Shown here: one piece after another, positions 20,796 through 31,383 of the stretch | Layout: each line of letters begins with the position of its first letter | How positions within the stretch are numbered: position 1 is the first letter of the stretch | Assembly (NCBI GenBank): GCA_002787235.1 | Contig: PCWG01000035.1 | Span: forward strand, 31,009 to 95,008 | Source: Nitrospinae bacterium CG11_big_fil_rev_8_21_14_0_20_45_15 | GTDB taxonomy: Bacteria > Nitrospinota > Nitrospinia > Nitrospinales > VA-1 | DNA: 64,000 nucleotides | Direction of reading: 5' to 3' | Notes under the pieces: model-generated | Told to the model about the DNA's origin: nothing | Database searches by the model: none | Seen by the model: only the letters and a program-made list of their open reading frames with translations | Made by a program: the position numbers and the translations under genes

Positions 20796-22994
20796 ATGTC
20801 AAATTCATCTGAAAAATTTCAATTTGCAAAACCAAACTCACTTTGGCAAAACCACCGAGAAAAATTAGCCTGGTTCATTTTAATTTTAGATCTCATTCTC
20901 ACTGTGGTGTTTTGGAATTCTGTCAATAACGCCATTTACCATGAAGCCGAGACAAGATTTTCGTTTAGGGTAGATTCGATCCGTTCTGCTATCAAAGATC
21001 GGATGATGACTTATGAGCAAGTGTTACGTAGCGGGGTGGGTTTGTTTAAGGCCTCGGACAAAGTATTACGAAGTGAATGGGAAATTTTTGTAAATGATTT
21101 AATGATTGAAAAAAGATACCCCGGAATCCAGGGAATCGGCTTCTCTCTCAAAATCGATCCCAAAGACAAAGAAGAACATGTCCTGGCAATCAGGCAAGAA
21201 GGTTTTCCCGATTACAATATAAAACCAGAAGGAGAACGAGAGGAATACACCTCTATCATTTATCTGGAACCCTTTACAATTCGCAATCGCCAGGCTTTTG
21301 GATACGACATGTTTTCCGAAAGTGTTCGCAGAAAGGCTATGCAAACAGCGCGAGATACGGGAGATACGGCTATCTCTGGCAAAGTAACGCTGGTTCAAGA
21401 GATTGATGACGATGTGCAAAGTGGTTTTTTGGTTTACCTGCCCCTTTATAAAAAAAATATGCCTCTGGATACTATTGAAGAGCGTCGCAGGGCACTTCAA
21501 GGTTATGTGTACAGTCCTTTTAGAGCCAAAAACCTCATGCGTGGAATTCTAGGCCCAAAAGCAGAGGATGTAAATTTTGAATTGTACGATGGGGATAAAA
21601 TGGAGGAATCCACCTTGATGTACAATACTCGCGAGAGTATAGACATCAAGGTTGATTTACAGGATTATTCCCCTCTATTTGAAAAAACATTATCCTTGAA
21701 TCTTTACGGTCATCGTTGGTCTCTCCGATTTACTTCTCGTCCTGCCTTTGAAACAACCATCAACACTCATCAGTCAAATTTTGTCCTGATATTGGGTGGC
21801 ATATTTAGCTTGCTGTGTTTCGCAGTAATTCATGGAGCTTTCACAACCCGAAGAGAAGCCATTCAAACGGCAAAAGCGTTGTTCGATAAACTGAAAAAGA
21901 CTGAGGAAAGACTGAGCTTTGCGTTAGACGGAACCAACGGTGGATTTTGGGATTGGAATATTAAAAAGAAAGAAATTTTTTTTAGTCCTCAGTGGTCCAC
22001 TGTACTAGGATTTGAACCCAATGACTCCTCTCCTAATGCACGATCTTGGGAAGAACTGGTACATCCTGATGACACACCCTCGTTAAATAAACTCCACACC
22101 GAACACTTAAAAGGTGAGACTCCTTTTTATGAAATAGAATATAGGATTAGAACGAAATCAGGAAACTATGTTTGGGTGCAGGACCGAGGAAAAGTGGTCG
22201 CCCGGAATGAGGATGGCGAACCGGTTAGAGTTTATGGATTGCAGACCAATATATCCAAGCGCAAGCAGGTTGAGGATAAGATCAAGATCGCTCAAAAACA
22301 AGTATTGGCTTCTCATAAACTGGCGGCAATTGGAGAGTTGTCAGCCGGAGTCTGCCATGAGGTTTTAAATCCCGTCAATATAATTTCGGTTCTCGCTCAG
22401 ATGCTACAGAGAAAGAACAAACAAGATCCCCAAATACAGCAATTCTGTTTCAAAATTGACAACGAAATAGAGCGGATAAAAAAAATTATGGGTGGGTTGT
22501 TGGAATTTTCCCGCAAAGGCAATGCAAAACTTGAAAAAGGAACCTTAAGGGAGGAGATTGAAAAAGTGTTGTCCATAGTGGAGGAAGAATTTAAATTGGA
22601 CAATATTATAATCGTCAGGGATTGGTGTGGCAAAAAAGTCAAAATTAATTACGACTCAGATAGAATGAGGCAGGTATACTTGAATCTTTTGAATAATTCT
22701 AAATATGCCATGCCAAATGGCGGCACGATAACCGTTGGCTGTTCCACGATAACAAAACATGGTAAAGAAGAATACCATCAGTTCAAGTTTAGCGATTCCG
22801 GTACGGGTATGAGCGATGAAGTCGAGTTAAAGGCTTTCGATCCGTTTTTCACTACGAAACCTCAAGGTGAGGGAACCGGTATGGGGCTATCAGTAGTCCA
22901 TGGAATCATTGAAGAACATGGTGGAGAAATTTTTTTAACAAGCACCAAAGGTGAAGGCACAACAATTCTGATCAATTTGCCTGTTGCCGATTAA
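20796..22994 (+). CDS. CHASE-PAS sensor histidine kinase (NtrB-like HisKA/HATPase)
   Basis: CHASE (YPGIQGIG, YLEP..RN.QAFGYDM, ARDTG), PAS (GFWDW, VHPDD, EYRIR), H-box CHEVLNP, FDPFFTTK..G.GTGMGL. Confidence 0.92.
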   Translation: MSNSSEKFQFAKPNSLWQNHREKLAWFILILDLILTVVFWNSVNNAIYHEAETRFSFRVDSIRSAIKDRMMTYEQVLRSGVGLFKASDKVLRSEWEIFVNDLMIEKRYPGIQGIGFSLKIDPKDKEEHVLAIRQEGFPDYNIKPEGEREEYTSIIYLEPFTIRNRQAFGYDMFSESVRRKAMQTARDTGDTAISGKVTLVQEIDDDVQSGFLVYLPLYKKNMPLDTIEERRRALQGYVYSPFRAKNLMRGILGPKAEDVNFELYDGDKMEESTLMYNTRESIDIKVDLQDYSPLFEKTLSLNLYGHRWSLRFTSRPAFETTINTHQSNFVLILGGIFSLLCFAVIHGAFTTRREAIQTAKALFDKLKKTEERLSFALDGTNGGFWDWNIKKKEIFFSPQWSTVLGFEPNDSSPNARSWEELVHPDDTPSLNKLHTEHLKGETPFYEIEYRIRTKSGNYVWVQDRGKVVARNEDGEPVRVYGLQTNISKRKQVEDKIKIAQKQVLASHKLAAIGELSAGVCHEVLNPVNIISVLAQMLQRKNKQDPQIQQFCFKIDNEIERIKKIMGGLLEFSRKGNAKLEKGTLREEIEKVLSIVEEEFKLDNIIIVRDWCGKKVKINYDSDRMRQVYLNLLNNSKYAMPNGGTITVGCSTITKHGKEEYHQFKFSDSGTGMSDEVELKAFDPFFTTKPQGEGTGMGLSVVHGIIEEHGGEIFLTSTKGEGTTILINLPVAD

Positions 22995-23083
22995 AAAACA
23001 AAAGTCTGCGTCATCTTTTATTTCCAACTGTGTTTTGACTGGTATTAGAAATTAAATAGTTATCATCACCTTTTATAACTAAA

Positions 23084-23461
23084 ATGCAATCAAACATCCC
23101 GAAAAAAATATTAATCATAGATGATGAAAAGGAACTCTGCTCTATTCTGACGGAATTTTTTTCGACAGAGGGATTTGTAGTAGAGGTGGCTCATAATGGA
23201 ATAGAAGGCCTGTCCCAAGTAGAAAAATTCGCACCTGATGTCATTTTACTAGATATTAAAATGCCTCAGATGAGAGGCGATGAGTGTTTGGCTAAGATAG
23301 TAAAAATTACGACTTCACCCATCATTATCGTTTCAGGATCACTCAGTGAAAAAAGAAAAGAGTATTGCATGGTCTCAGGTGCATATGAATTTATTTCCAA
23401 ACCGATCAACCTGGATTTTGTTCTAGAGAAGGTACACTCAGCCCTGAAAAATAAGTGCTAG
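23084..23461 (+). CDS. Single-domain response regulator (receiver)
   Basis: ILIIDDE, LLDIKMP, ISKP. Confidence 0.9.
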   Translation: MQSNIPKKILIIDDEKELCSILTEFFSTEGFVVEVAHNGIEGLSQVEKFAPDVILLDIKMPQMRGDECLAKIVKITTSPIIIVSGSLSEKRKEYCMVSGAYEFISKPINLDFVLEKVHSALKNKC

Positions 23462-23650
23462 AAATTGATTCGTAAGGAGCTATCGATCTGACTCTTTCTG
23501 GAAACCTTCAGTTCAGGGGAAACCATATAGCGAGTGTTGCAGAGACCGCTACCTATATCAATCAGAGAACAAATGATTGTTAAATCGCGACCAACGACCT
23601 GTTAAGAGGTTTACAGGGAGGCAACATCTAAACATTTGCTACTTAAAAAG

Positions 23651-23878
23651 CTAATTTCGCGTAGGAACAGACGCAGGAAGGGATTGCAGGAACTCCGTCA
23701 ATTTTAGAAGCAAGTTATTGACATCCATTCCGTGCATGAGAGCCCCATTTTCCAGAGTGTCAAAGTTCACGGCGAAACATTCGCCGCAACTCATCTTCAA
23801 ATCGCCAAAAAAGCGAATGGTTTCGGGGTGTGCGCTGATGATTGCGTTTATAGGAGTATCTTTATTGATGACAAGCAT
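23651..23878 (-). CDS. DUF1858 family small protein
   Basis: I.KD..I..II..HPET..FF, CxxC....DTLE.GA.MHG.D. Confidence 0.75.
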   Translation of the reverse strand: MLVINKDTPINAIISAHPETIRFFGDLKMSCGECFAVNFDTLENGALMHGMDVNNLLLKLTEFLQSLPASVPTRN

Positions 23879-23969
23879 GAATTAGTCTCTTTATTTTACT
23901 TGCCGTTAGTATCACCATATGCTAGCATTGAATCCATTCTGAAACAATGATTTTTTATTGGAGTTTGTG

Positions 23970-24161
23970 ATGTCAAAGAAGTGTGAAGTTTGCGATAAAG
24001 GGCCGATGTTTGGCAACAACGTCAGTCATGCAAATAACAAAACCCGCCGACGCTGGAATCCTAATTTGAGAAAAATCAAGGGTATAGTCAAGGGTGTCGT
24101 TAAGTCTATGAAAGTTTGTACCCGCTGTCTCAAAAAAGGAAAAGTAACAAAGGTTCTTTAA
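23970..24161 (+). CDS. rpmB: 50S ribosomal protein L28 (Zn-ribbon, Cys-containing form)
   Basis: [31 protein letters not shown]...VCTRCLK; ATG 23970 after GGAG. Confidence 0.97.
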   Translation: MSKKCEVCDKGPMFGNNVSHANNKTRRRWNPNLRKIKGIVKGVVKSMKVCTRCLKKGKVTKVL

Positions 24162-24295
24162 GTCGTTCCGGGTCGATATTCCCCTGGAACGTTAGGCCTG
24201 TCTCATTAAGGGGTCAAATCTTTATTTAATACATAATTCGACATACTACGCCGTCGGGATTGCAACAGGACAGGTTTTTCCCCTGTCAATGGCAC

Positions 24296-26485
24296 CTAGC
24301 TTCTGTGCGCAGTCCCCGCATTGGCTTTGATTCGCTCGACGTGAATCACACCTGAAACGGCATTGATGGCCGACATGGTTTTGTCCAGTTGCCCTAAATC
24401 GGAAATTTCGATCAAGAAATCAAAATACGCTCGTTTGTTTGGCCCCTGCTTGATATTTGCTCGTGTGATATTGGTCATGCAATCAGCTACGGCTTGGGTG
24501 ATTTCTGCAAGTTGGCCCGGCTTGTCCTCCGCTACGATACTGATACGCACTTCAAAACGAGTCTGCCCCTCTTCTCCCCACTCCACCGCCACGAGACGTT
24601 CGGATTCTCCACCCAGATCTCTAACGCTGGGACAATCGATATGATGTACCGTCACACCTCTGGCACGTGTGATATAACCTGCGATGGGCTCGCCCAACAC
24701 GGGATTACAACATTTTCCAATTCGCAAGTGAATATCTTCATTCAAGCACTTGACACGAATAGGACTGGCCGAGTTCTTATAGGGGCTGATCTCTTTTAGC
24801 TTAACCTGATGCAAACCTTCAATTCTACGAGCCTCCAGAACCTCGTGAGGCACCAACTTTTGAACGATTTGCAGGGGTGCTATTTTACCCACGCCGACTC
24901 CTAGAAACAAGCCTTCCAGATTCATCACTCCGGCCCCTTGCAGAACTTCGCCCATGTGTTGCTCATTGATCAATAACGATGGGTCCATTCCAAATTCACA
25001 AATGACTTTTTCCAACAACTCGCGTCCCAATTTCAAACTGCGTTCTTTATCCATGGCATTGATGTAATGAGTGATCTTGCCTTTGGCCTTGGACGTTTTT
25101 ACGAAGGAAAGCCATTCCCGGCTTGGGGAGTTTTCCTTTGAAGATGTGATTTCAACCTGGTCTCCATTGCGTAATTTAATGCGAAGGGATACTGGCTTTC
25201 CGTTGACCTTGGCGGAATGGCAGTGGTTACCGATATCTGTGTGGACGGCATAAGCAAAGTCCACCGGCGTAGCACCGCGCGGCAATGCAAGCACTTCTCC
25301 CGCAGGGGTGAACGCATAGACTTCCGTCGAAAAGAGATCGATTTTAAATGCGTTCAAAAAATCTTTCGGATTTTTTATGTCTTTTTGGTTTTCAATCAGA
25401 TGCCGTACCCAGTTCAATCGGGAATCCGTAGAACCTTCATTTTCATGCCCGATCTTCTCTTTGTATTGCCAATGCGCCGCAATGCCTTCCTCACAAATTT
25501 TGTGCATCTCCTGCGTTCTTATTTGCACTTCGATACGCTCCCCTTCAGGGCCTATCACCGTTGTATGCAAGGATTGATACTGGTTTGGTTTTGGCATCGC
25601 AATATAATCTTTGAATCGCCCCGGAATCGGTTTCCACAAAGAGTGAATCAATCCTAAAACCGCGTAACAATCTCTCAGAGAGTTTGTTAAAATACGAATA
25701 CCAATCAGGTCGTAGATCTCTTCAAACGTAATGTTCTGTTCGACCATTTTTTTGTAAATGCTGTAATCTTGCTTGGTTCGACCTTGAATCACTCCCTCAA
25801 TACCGGACTCCTTCAACTCATCTTCGATGAGAACGCAAACCTTCTCGACATAGACGGACCTAAACTCTCTTCCACGTTCCATCTTCTCGCGTATGAGAGC
25901 ATAAGCTTCCGGGGCTACATGCGGCAAACAACCACTTTCCAATTCATTTTTTATCCAGCTGATTCCCAGGCGATGAGCAATGGGTGCATAGATATCCAAA
26001 GTCTCACGCGCGATGCGGTAGCGGCTTGCTTCGGACAAAGAATCCAGCGTTTGAATATTATGAGCGCGATCTGCAAGCTTGATCAACACCACTCTAATGT
26101 CTTTGGACATGGCCAGAATCATTTTTCGATAATTTTCCGCCTGACTTTCTTCTTTGCTTGAAAACTGAATCTTGCTGATTTTGGTAACGCCGTCTACAAG
26201 CTGACAGACCTCGTCCCCAAAACGCTCCATGATTTCTTCTTTAGTGGCAAGAGTGTCTTCTATGGTATCGTGCAGTAACCCTGCGGCAACGGATTTCTCA
26301 TCCATTCGCAAACGCGTGAGGTTCCAGGCGACTTCCACAGGATGAGAAAAGTACGCCTCTCCTGATTTACGACTCTGGTTCCTGTGAGCTTTCGCGGAAT
26401 AAAAATACGCATCGAAAACCACATCTATTTCAGCGGTTGGATGATACGCCAAAATCGCATCAGCTATGTCATTCAGCTTTCTCAT
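24296..26485 (-). CDS. spoT: Bifunctional (p)ppGpp synthetase/hydrolase (long RSH)
   Basis: HD hydrolase LLHDTIED, synthetase RFKDY and YQSLHT..EVQIRT, TGS (TPVDFAYAVHT), CC (KCCNP) and ACT domains. Confidence 0.95.
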   Translation of the reverse strand: MRKLNDIADAILAYHPTAEIDVVFDAYFYSAKAHRNQSRKSGEAYFSHPVEVAWNLTRLRMDEKSVAAGLLHDTIEDTLATKEEIMERFGDEVCQLVDGVTKISKIQFSSKEESQAENYRKMILAMSKDIRVVLIKLADRAHNIQTLDSLSEASRYRIARETLDIYAPIAHRLGISWIKNELESGCLPHVAPEAYALIREKMERGREFRSVYVEKVCVLIEDELKESGIEGVIQGRTKQDYSIYKKMVEQNITFEEIYDLIGIRILTNSLRDCYAVLGLIHSLWKPIPGRFKDYIAMPKPNQYQSLHTTVIGPEGERIEVQIRTQEMHKICEEGIAAHWQYKEKIGHENEGSTDSRLNWVRHLIENQKDIKNPKDFLNAFKIDLFSTEVYAFTPAGEVLALPRGATPVDFAYAVHTDIGNHCHSAKVNGKPVSLRIKLRNGDQVEITSSKENSPSREWLSFVKTSKAKGKITHYINAMDKERSLKLGRELLEKVICEFGMDPSLLINEQHMGEVLQGAGVMNLEGLFLGVGVGKIAPLQIVQKLVPHEVLEARRIEGLHQVKLKEISPYKNSASPIRVKCLNEDIHLRIGKCCNPVLGEPIAGYITRARGVTVHHIDCPSVRDLGGESERLVAVEWGEEGQTRFEVRISIVAEDKPGQLAEITQAVADCMTNITRANIKQGPNKRAYFDFLIEISDLGQLDKTMSAINAVSGVIHVERIKANAGTAHRS

Positions 26486-26563
26486 ATACCATCTTCAGGC
26501 TCGAATTTAACAAGCCTAACAAGTGCTCTATTTTTTTGTTTTTTTTGCCTTTATGGCTATTAA

Positions 26564-26592
26564 AGGATACCTAGAAGCCGTATTTTTGTCAA
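26564..26592 (-). promoter_or_regulatory. Sigma-70-type promoter of rel/spoT
   Basis: Minus strand TTGACA-N17-TATCCT about 80 nt upstream of the start. Confidence 0.55.
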
Positions 26593-26667
26593 ATATTGTT
26601 TCCATAAACAGGCCCTGTATAATTATCATACTAACCATTTCAGCCTATTTTAATTATACTCTTGTCC

Positions 26668-28803
26668 ATGAAACCTGAGACTGCAAAAAAGAATATTCCC
26701 TCCACCAACGATCCGCTTCAGTTTGTCAAAGGAGTTGGCCCCAAACGGGCCTTACTGTTAAAAAAACTTGGACTGGAAACCGTTGACGATGCCTTGCGTT
26801 TTCTTCCCTTCCGCTACGAAGACTTGAGCCGTGTCAAAAAAATTTCCGAACTCGTCCCGGGTGAGCACGTCACTTTGGCAGGAACCATTGCCAATACGGG
26901 AACAACATCTATGGGAATACGAAAAAAAGTTTTTGAAGTCATCGTTCAAGACGAGACCGGATTCACAAGGGCAAAATGGTTTCAGTTCACCGAAAAGTAC
27001 ATGAAGAAAAAATTTCCTGTCGGGAATTTTATCGTCCTTTCTGGCAAACCTGTTATCAACCGTTACGCAGGATCGGGTCTGGAATTTGTTCATCCCGAAG
27101 CAGAATCGTTTGCCGAAGAGTTTCCGGGAGAAGAGAGCATTGGCCAGATATTTCCCGTATACCACGCGACCGAAGGTCTGCCCATCAAAGCCTTGAGAAA
27201 CGTTATGAAGAACATCATCAACGTTTATCAAGACCGGATTGAAGAATTTCTTCCTGAGTATTTACTAGAAAAATACAATTTTCCAGGCCGTGCCCAGGCT
27301 CTCGCGAACGCTCATTTTCCACCCAAGGACACGGACACCGTGGAGCTGGAAAATTTTAAAACCGCAGAACAACAACGTTTGATCTTTGAAGAATTGTTCC
27401 TCATCCAATTGGGATTGGCTTTCAAGCGCAACCTCCGAAAAAATGAAACCTTTGGACGTGCAATGACCACGCGCGGCCCACTCATTCGTCAACTCATCAA
27501 GTTCCTTCCTTTCGAACTTACAGGCGCACAAAAAAGATCGCTTGGTGAAATCATGGAAAATCTCGAACAAAATTTTCCCATGAACCGCCTTTTACAGGGA
27601 GATGTCGGAAGCGGTAAAACCATTGTCGCCTTGACCGCACTTCTCACCGCAGTGGATAACGGCAGACAGGGCGCGATGATGGCCCCCACGGAACTCTTGA
27701 GCGAACAGCATTTCTCCAGCCTGCTTCCCTTTTGCCAAAAGCTTGGCGTCTCCATTGAACTGGCGACGGCAACAGGAACCGCTAAAGATCGACGTGAACT
27801 CCGCGAAAAAATAGCCAATGGAACAGCGCAGATTGTCGTTGGAACACACGCGCTCATTCAGGAAGGCGTCAACTTCAATGACCTCGGTCTCATTGTTGTG
27901 GATGAACAGCATCGCTTCGGGGTACTGCAACGCGATGCGATTGGCAAAAAAGGCAACCAGCCACACGCGCTCATCATGACAGCCACCCCCATCCCGCGCT
28001 CGTTGTCACTCACTCTCTACGGAGACTTCAGCGTATCCTATCTCGACGAATTGCCTGCGGGCAGACAACCCATAAAAACACAAATCTTTTATGAAAAAAC
28101 CCGCGAGAAAGCGTATGCCCTGCTCTATAAAGAAATACTGAAAGGCGGGCAGGCCTATATCGTTTGCCCTTTGATCGATGAGTCCGAAAAGTCCAGCCTC
28201 AAAGCCGTTGTTGAAACTCTGGCATATGTCAAAATGAAATTCCCAGATGTTTCCGCCGAATTGATACACGGGAAAATGAAACGTGAAGAGCGACAAAAAA
28301 TCATGTCCGATTTTCAGCTGGGACTGGTGCAGGTGCTGGTCGCCACCACCGTCATCGAGGTCGGAATCGACGTGCCCAACGCATCAGTGATCATGATCGA
28401 ACATTCGGAACGTTTCGGTCTGTCGCAATTGCACCAGTTGCGAGGGCGTGTCGGTCGCGGGGAACGTGCTTCGCACTGCCTCCTCATCGCATACTATCCA
28501 TTGACGGAAGAAGGAAAAGCACGACTCAATGCCATGAAAGTATTTTCGGACGGATTCTCCATCGCGGAAGAAGATCTAAAAATTCGCGGGCCGGGCGATT
28601 TTCTCGGTGCGAGACAATCGGGCATGCCCTTTCTAAGAATGGCCAATTTGTTGAGAGATTTTGAATGGATAGAAATCGCTCGCAACGAAGCCAAACATAT
28701 CATGGAAAATAATCCTGAATTAAACACACCCGATCTGAAAAAATTGAAACAGGCATTGGGCCATTATCTTGGTGATAAACTGGATTTGATCAACGTGATC
28801 TGA
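26668..28803 (+). CDS. recG: ATP-dependent DNA helicase RecG
   Basis: KGVGPKRA, wedge domain, RLLQGDVGSGKT, DEQHRFG, TATPIPR, QLHQLRGRVGRG, TRG motif. Confidence 0.97.
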   Translation: MKPETAKKNIPSTNDPLQFVKGVGPKRALLLKKLGLETVDDALRFLPFRYEDLSRVKKISELVPGEHVTLAGTIANTGTTSMGIRKKVFEVIVQDETGFTRAKWFQFTEKYMKKKFPVGNFIVLSGKPVINRYAGSGLEFVHPEAESFAEEFPGEESIGQIFPVYHATEGLPIKALRNVMKNIINVYQDRIEEFLPEYLLEKYNFPGRAQALANAHFPPKDTDTVELENFKTAEQQRLIFEELFLIQLGLAFKRNLRKNETFGRAMTTRGPLIRQLIKFLPFELTGAQKRSLGEIMENLEQNFPMNRLLQGDVGSGKTIVALTALLTAVDNGRQGAMMAPTELLSEQHFSSLLPFCQKLGVSIELATATGTAKDRRELREKIANGTAQIVVGTHALIQEGVNFNDLGLIVVDEQHRFGVLQRDAIGKKGNQPHALIMTATPIPRSLSLTLYGDFSVSYLDELPAGRQPIKTQIFYEKTREKAYALLYKEILKGGQAYIVCPLIDESEKSSLKAVVETLAYVKMKFPDVSAELIHGKMKREERQKIMSDFQLGLVQVLVATTVIEVGIDVPNASVIMIEHSERFGLSQLHQLRGRVGRGERASHCLLIAYYPLTEEGKARLNAMKVFSDGFSIAEEDLKIRGPGDFLGARQSGMPFLRMANLLRDFEWIEIARNEAKHIMENNPELNTPDLKKLKQALGHYLGDKLDLINVI

Positions 28804-28859
28804 ACAACAAACGCATCTTATTTTTTCGTAGGCCTCGCCTACCTGAATCGTGCTTCCAC

Positions 28860-29237
28860 ATGAAAATAAATTTTCAATTCAACCGCGCCGATCTGGTCCT
28901 GATAACAGCACTGGCAATCTTGAATTTGTTCTTGCTGTTCCACAACCCAATGAACGAAGCCGGGAACTATGCTGTAATTCAGGTGAATCAAAAAGAATTT
29001 GCACGCGCCGCACTCTCTAATAATCAGATCATCAAAGTTCCAGGCCCTCTTGGAATCACCGAAGTACAAATTGAGGACGGTCGTGCGAGAATCATCAAAT
29101 CGCCCTGTCAAAATAAAATATGCATCAAATCAGGATACATCCAATACGCCGATCGCATTTCCGCCTGCATTCCCAATCGAGTGCTCGTACGCATCGTCGG
29201 CGTTTCCAGAGAAACTGTCGATACCATTGTCGGATAA
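28860..29237 (+). CDS. NusG domain II-like (Lin0431-type) exported protein
   Basis: N-terminal TM; GPLG.T.V.I.DG..RI..SPC.NKIC...G.I......CIPNRV. Confidence 0.8.
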   Translation: MKINFQFNRADLVLITALAILNLFLLFHNPMNEAGNYAVIQVNQKEFARAALSNNQIIKVPGPLGITEVQIEDGRARIIKSPCQNKICIKSGYIQYADRISACIPNRVLVRIVGVSRETVDTIVG

Positions 29238-29267
29238 ACCGCTAATAACTCTTTCTACCAATTAACT

Positions 29268-31373
29268 ATGCGTTCCACTTTCTTATTTCTTTTATTGTTT
29301 TTAACGTTTGGCACTGCTGGAAATGTTCTGGCTTCGCAACCCCTGCATCATCAAATTGAAATCGAGTTACAGCCCGATAGCTCCAGCCTGCAAGCGGTCG
29401 ATCGCGTCACCGTCGTTTCTTCATCAAACAAGTCCAGCGACATCGTTTTTTTTCTGGATAAAAATTTAAAAATCAGTTCTCTCGAATTGCCGTCCGATCT
29501 CTCCTATTCTATTTCGCTCAAGGAGGACGAACCTTCAATCCATTTGATTCATATTCAAAAGAATTCGCAGAGCGACTGGCCCGATCCCTTGTCCCTGACA
29601 TTTCATTACGCAGGGCCCTATGCGACTGAATCGGACAAACAAAATCCTGAAATATTTCTGTCCGGCTCCCATAATTTCTATCCACAATTGAATACCGATG
29701 CGCCTGAGTTAATGACTTTCGAAATGACGACAACACTGCCCGCAGGCTGGTCGGCTGTCAGTCAGGGTGAAAAATCTCCAGGACTTGTTGCAGACACAAG
29801 AACCCGGACAACCTGGAGAAATGCGCATCCAAACAATGAGATTTTTCTCATCGCCAATCATTATTATGAGTACGAAGATATTTGGGAAAACGTGTCCCTG
29901 CAAGCCTATCTCCTGCAAGACGATCCCGAACTGGCGCAACGTTACCTGACGGCGACAAAAAAATATCTCGCCATGTTCTCCGCATTGCTTGGCGTCTACC
30001 CCTACCCCAAATTTGCACTGGTCGAAACGCCCGGGCCTGCCGGGTACGGAATGCCCTCGTTCACCTATCTTGGATCGAGAGTGATTCGCCTGCCCTTCAT
30101 TCTCGAAACTTCTTACCCGCACGAGATACTCCACAATTGGTGGGGCAATGGCGTGTTTTACGATCCACGTTCTACAAACTGGTCGGAAGGTTTGACCTCT
30201 TATCTCGCCGATCATTTCCTGCAGGCCGTTAAAGGGCAGGGTCCGCAATACCGCTTTCAGGAACTGATGAAGTACGACAGTTATGTGAATGCTGAAAACG
30301 ATTTTTCTATCGATCAATTTCGTTTCGCCGAGAGCCCGGCAGAGCAAGCCATAGGCTATGGAAAAACTTTGATGACTCTGCACATGCTGAGATTGCAATT
30401 GGGAGATGCCCCCTTTCTTGAGGGATTGCGACGGTTCTACAAACAATACCGTTTTCAGTATGCCGACCTGAAGGCAATGAGAAATACTTTTGAATCGGTC
30501 TCCCACACTGACTTGAAATATTTTTTTGAACAATGGACGCAACAAATCGGCGCACCGCAAATAGAATTGAGTTCTGCGGAATTCAGCCCTGCCGGAGAAG
30601 GCTTTGAACTCAATCTGACCATCACTCAAAAAAATTCAAAACCCTATTCATTGCAACTGCCCATCGCTGTATGGGAAGAAGGCAAAGAGCAACCCCTCTT
30701 GATACGCTTGAACGTTAAAGATGCGAGCCAATCCTTTCGCATCGAATTGCTTGCAAAACCCACCGCCGTTCTGATTGATCCGTACACAGACCTGTTTCGA
30801 AAGTTGAATGAAGGAGAAATCCCCGCTAGCATCGGGCAAACTTACGGAGCGCAAAAACAAATCGTATGGCCCTCTTCAGAGGAAGACAAATTAAACTCTG
30901 CTTATCAAAATTTAGCGGTGGGTCTGGTGGGGAATTCAGAAATGCTTACAGGCGATCCATCGACTCTGCCTGAAGGAAGTCTTTGGCTGTTGGGAAGGAA
31001 CCATCCTCTGAAAGAAAAGCTGAAATCCAACTTGAGCGAACGCGGATTCCAATTCGACTCCATAGGAGTGACGATTGAAGGCAAGCATTATCCATGGGCA
31101 GAACATGGTTTCGTCTTCACCCTGCCCCGCTTTGATGGGCAAAAGGGAACGCTCAGCTGGATCGTTGCCGGAACTGAGAAAAGCGTTCCCGGACTGATAC
31201 GAAAATTACCGCATTACAGCAAATACGGCTACCTCGTATTCAAAGGAGATGCCCCCGACAACCAGGTCAAAGGCCAGTGGCAGGCCACACCCTCTGGCAG
31301 AGAAAAAGTATTCGCACCGGGCAAGCACATCCTTCCCACGCAAAAACCTCTCCATGCGGAAAGTGTCGAATGA
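29268..31373 (+). CDS. Exported M1-family (gluzincin) aminopeptidase
   Basis: Signal peptide; YPYPKF, GYGMPS, HEILHNWWGN...WSEG (HExxH-x18-E), GYGK. Confidence 0.88.
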   Translation: MRSTFLFLLLFLTFGTAGNVLASQPLHHQIEIELQPDSSSLQAVDRVTVVSSSNKSSDIVFFLDKNLKISSLELPSDLSYSISLKEDEPSIHLIHIQKNSQSDWPDPLSLTFHYAGPYATESDKQNPEIFLSGSHNFYPQLNTDAPELMTFEMTTTLPAGWSAVSQGEKSPGLVADTRTRTTWRNAHPNNEIFLIANHYYEYEDIWENVSLQAYLLQDDPELAQRYLTATKKYLAMFSALLGVYPYPKFALVETPGPAGYGMPSFTYLGSRVIRLPFILETSYPHEILHNWWGNGVFYDPRSTNWSEGLTSYLADHFLQAVKGQGPQYRFQELMKYDSYVNAENDFSIDQFRFAESPAEQAIGYGKTLMTLHMLRLQLGDAPFLEGLRRFYKQYRFQYADLKAMRNTFESVSHTDLKYFFEQWTQQIGAPQIELSSAEFSPAGEGFELNLTITQKNSKPYSLQLPIAVWEEGKEQPLLIRLNVKDASQSFRIELLAKPTAVLIDPYTDLFRKLNEGEIPASIGQTYGAQKQIVWPSSEEDKLNSAYQNLAVGLVGNSEMLTGDPSTLPEGSLWLLGRNHPLKEKLKSNLSERGFQFDSIGVTIEGKHYPWAEHGFVFTLPRFDGQKGTLSWIVAGTEKSVPGLIRKLPHYSKYGYLVFKGDAPDNQVKGQWQATPSGREKVFAPGKHILPTQKPLHAESVE

Positions 31374-31383
31374 ATGTCCGTCT

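Noticed and set aside
20579-20812. 77-aa ORF upstream of the CHASE kinase
   Set aside because: TTG start in AT-rich promoter-like DNA, overlaps the kinase start, no motif
23474-23488. 15-mer AAGGAGCTATCGATC, also present at 1337-1351
   Set aside because: One 15-nt match is expected by chance in 64 kb; flanks are unrelated
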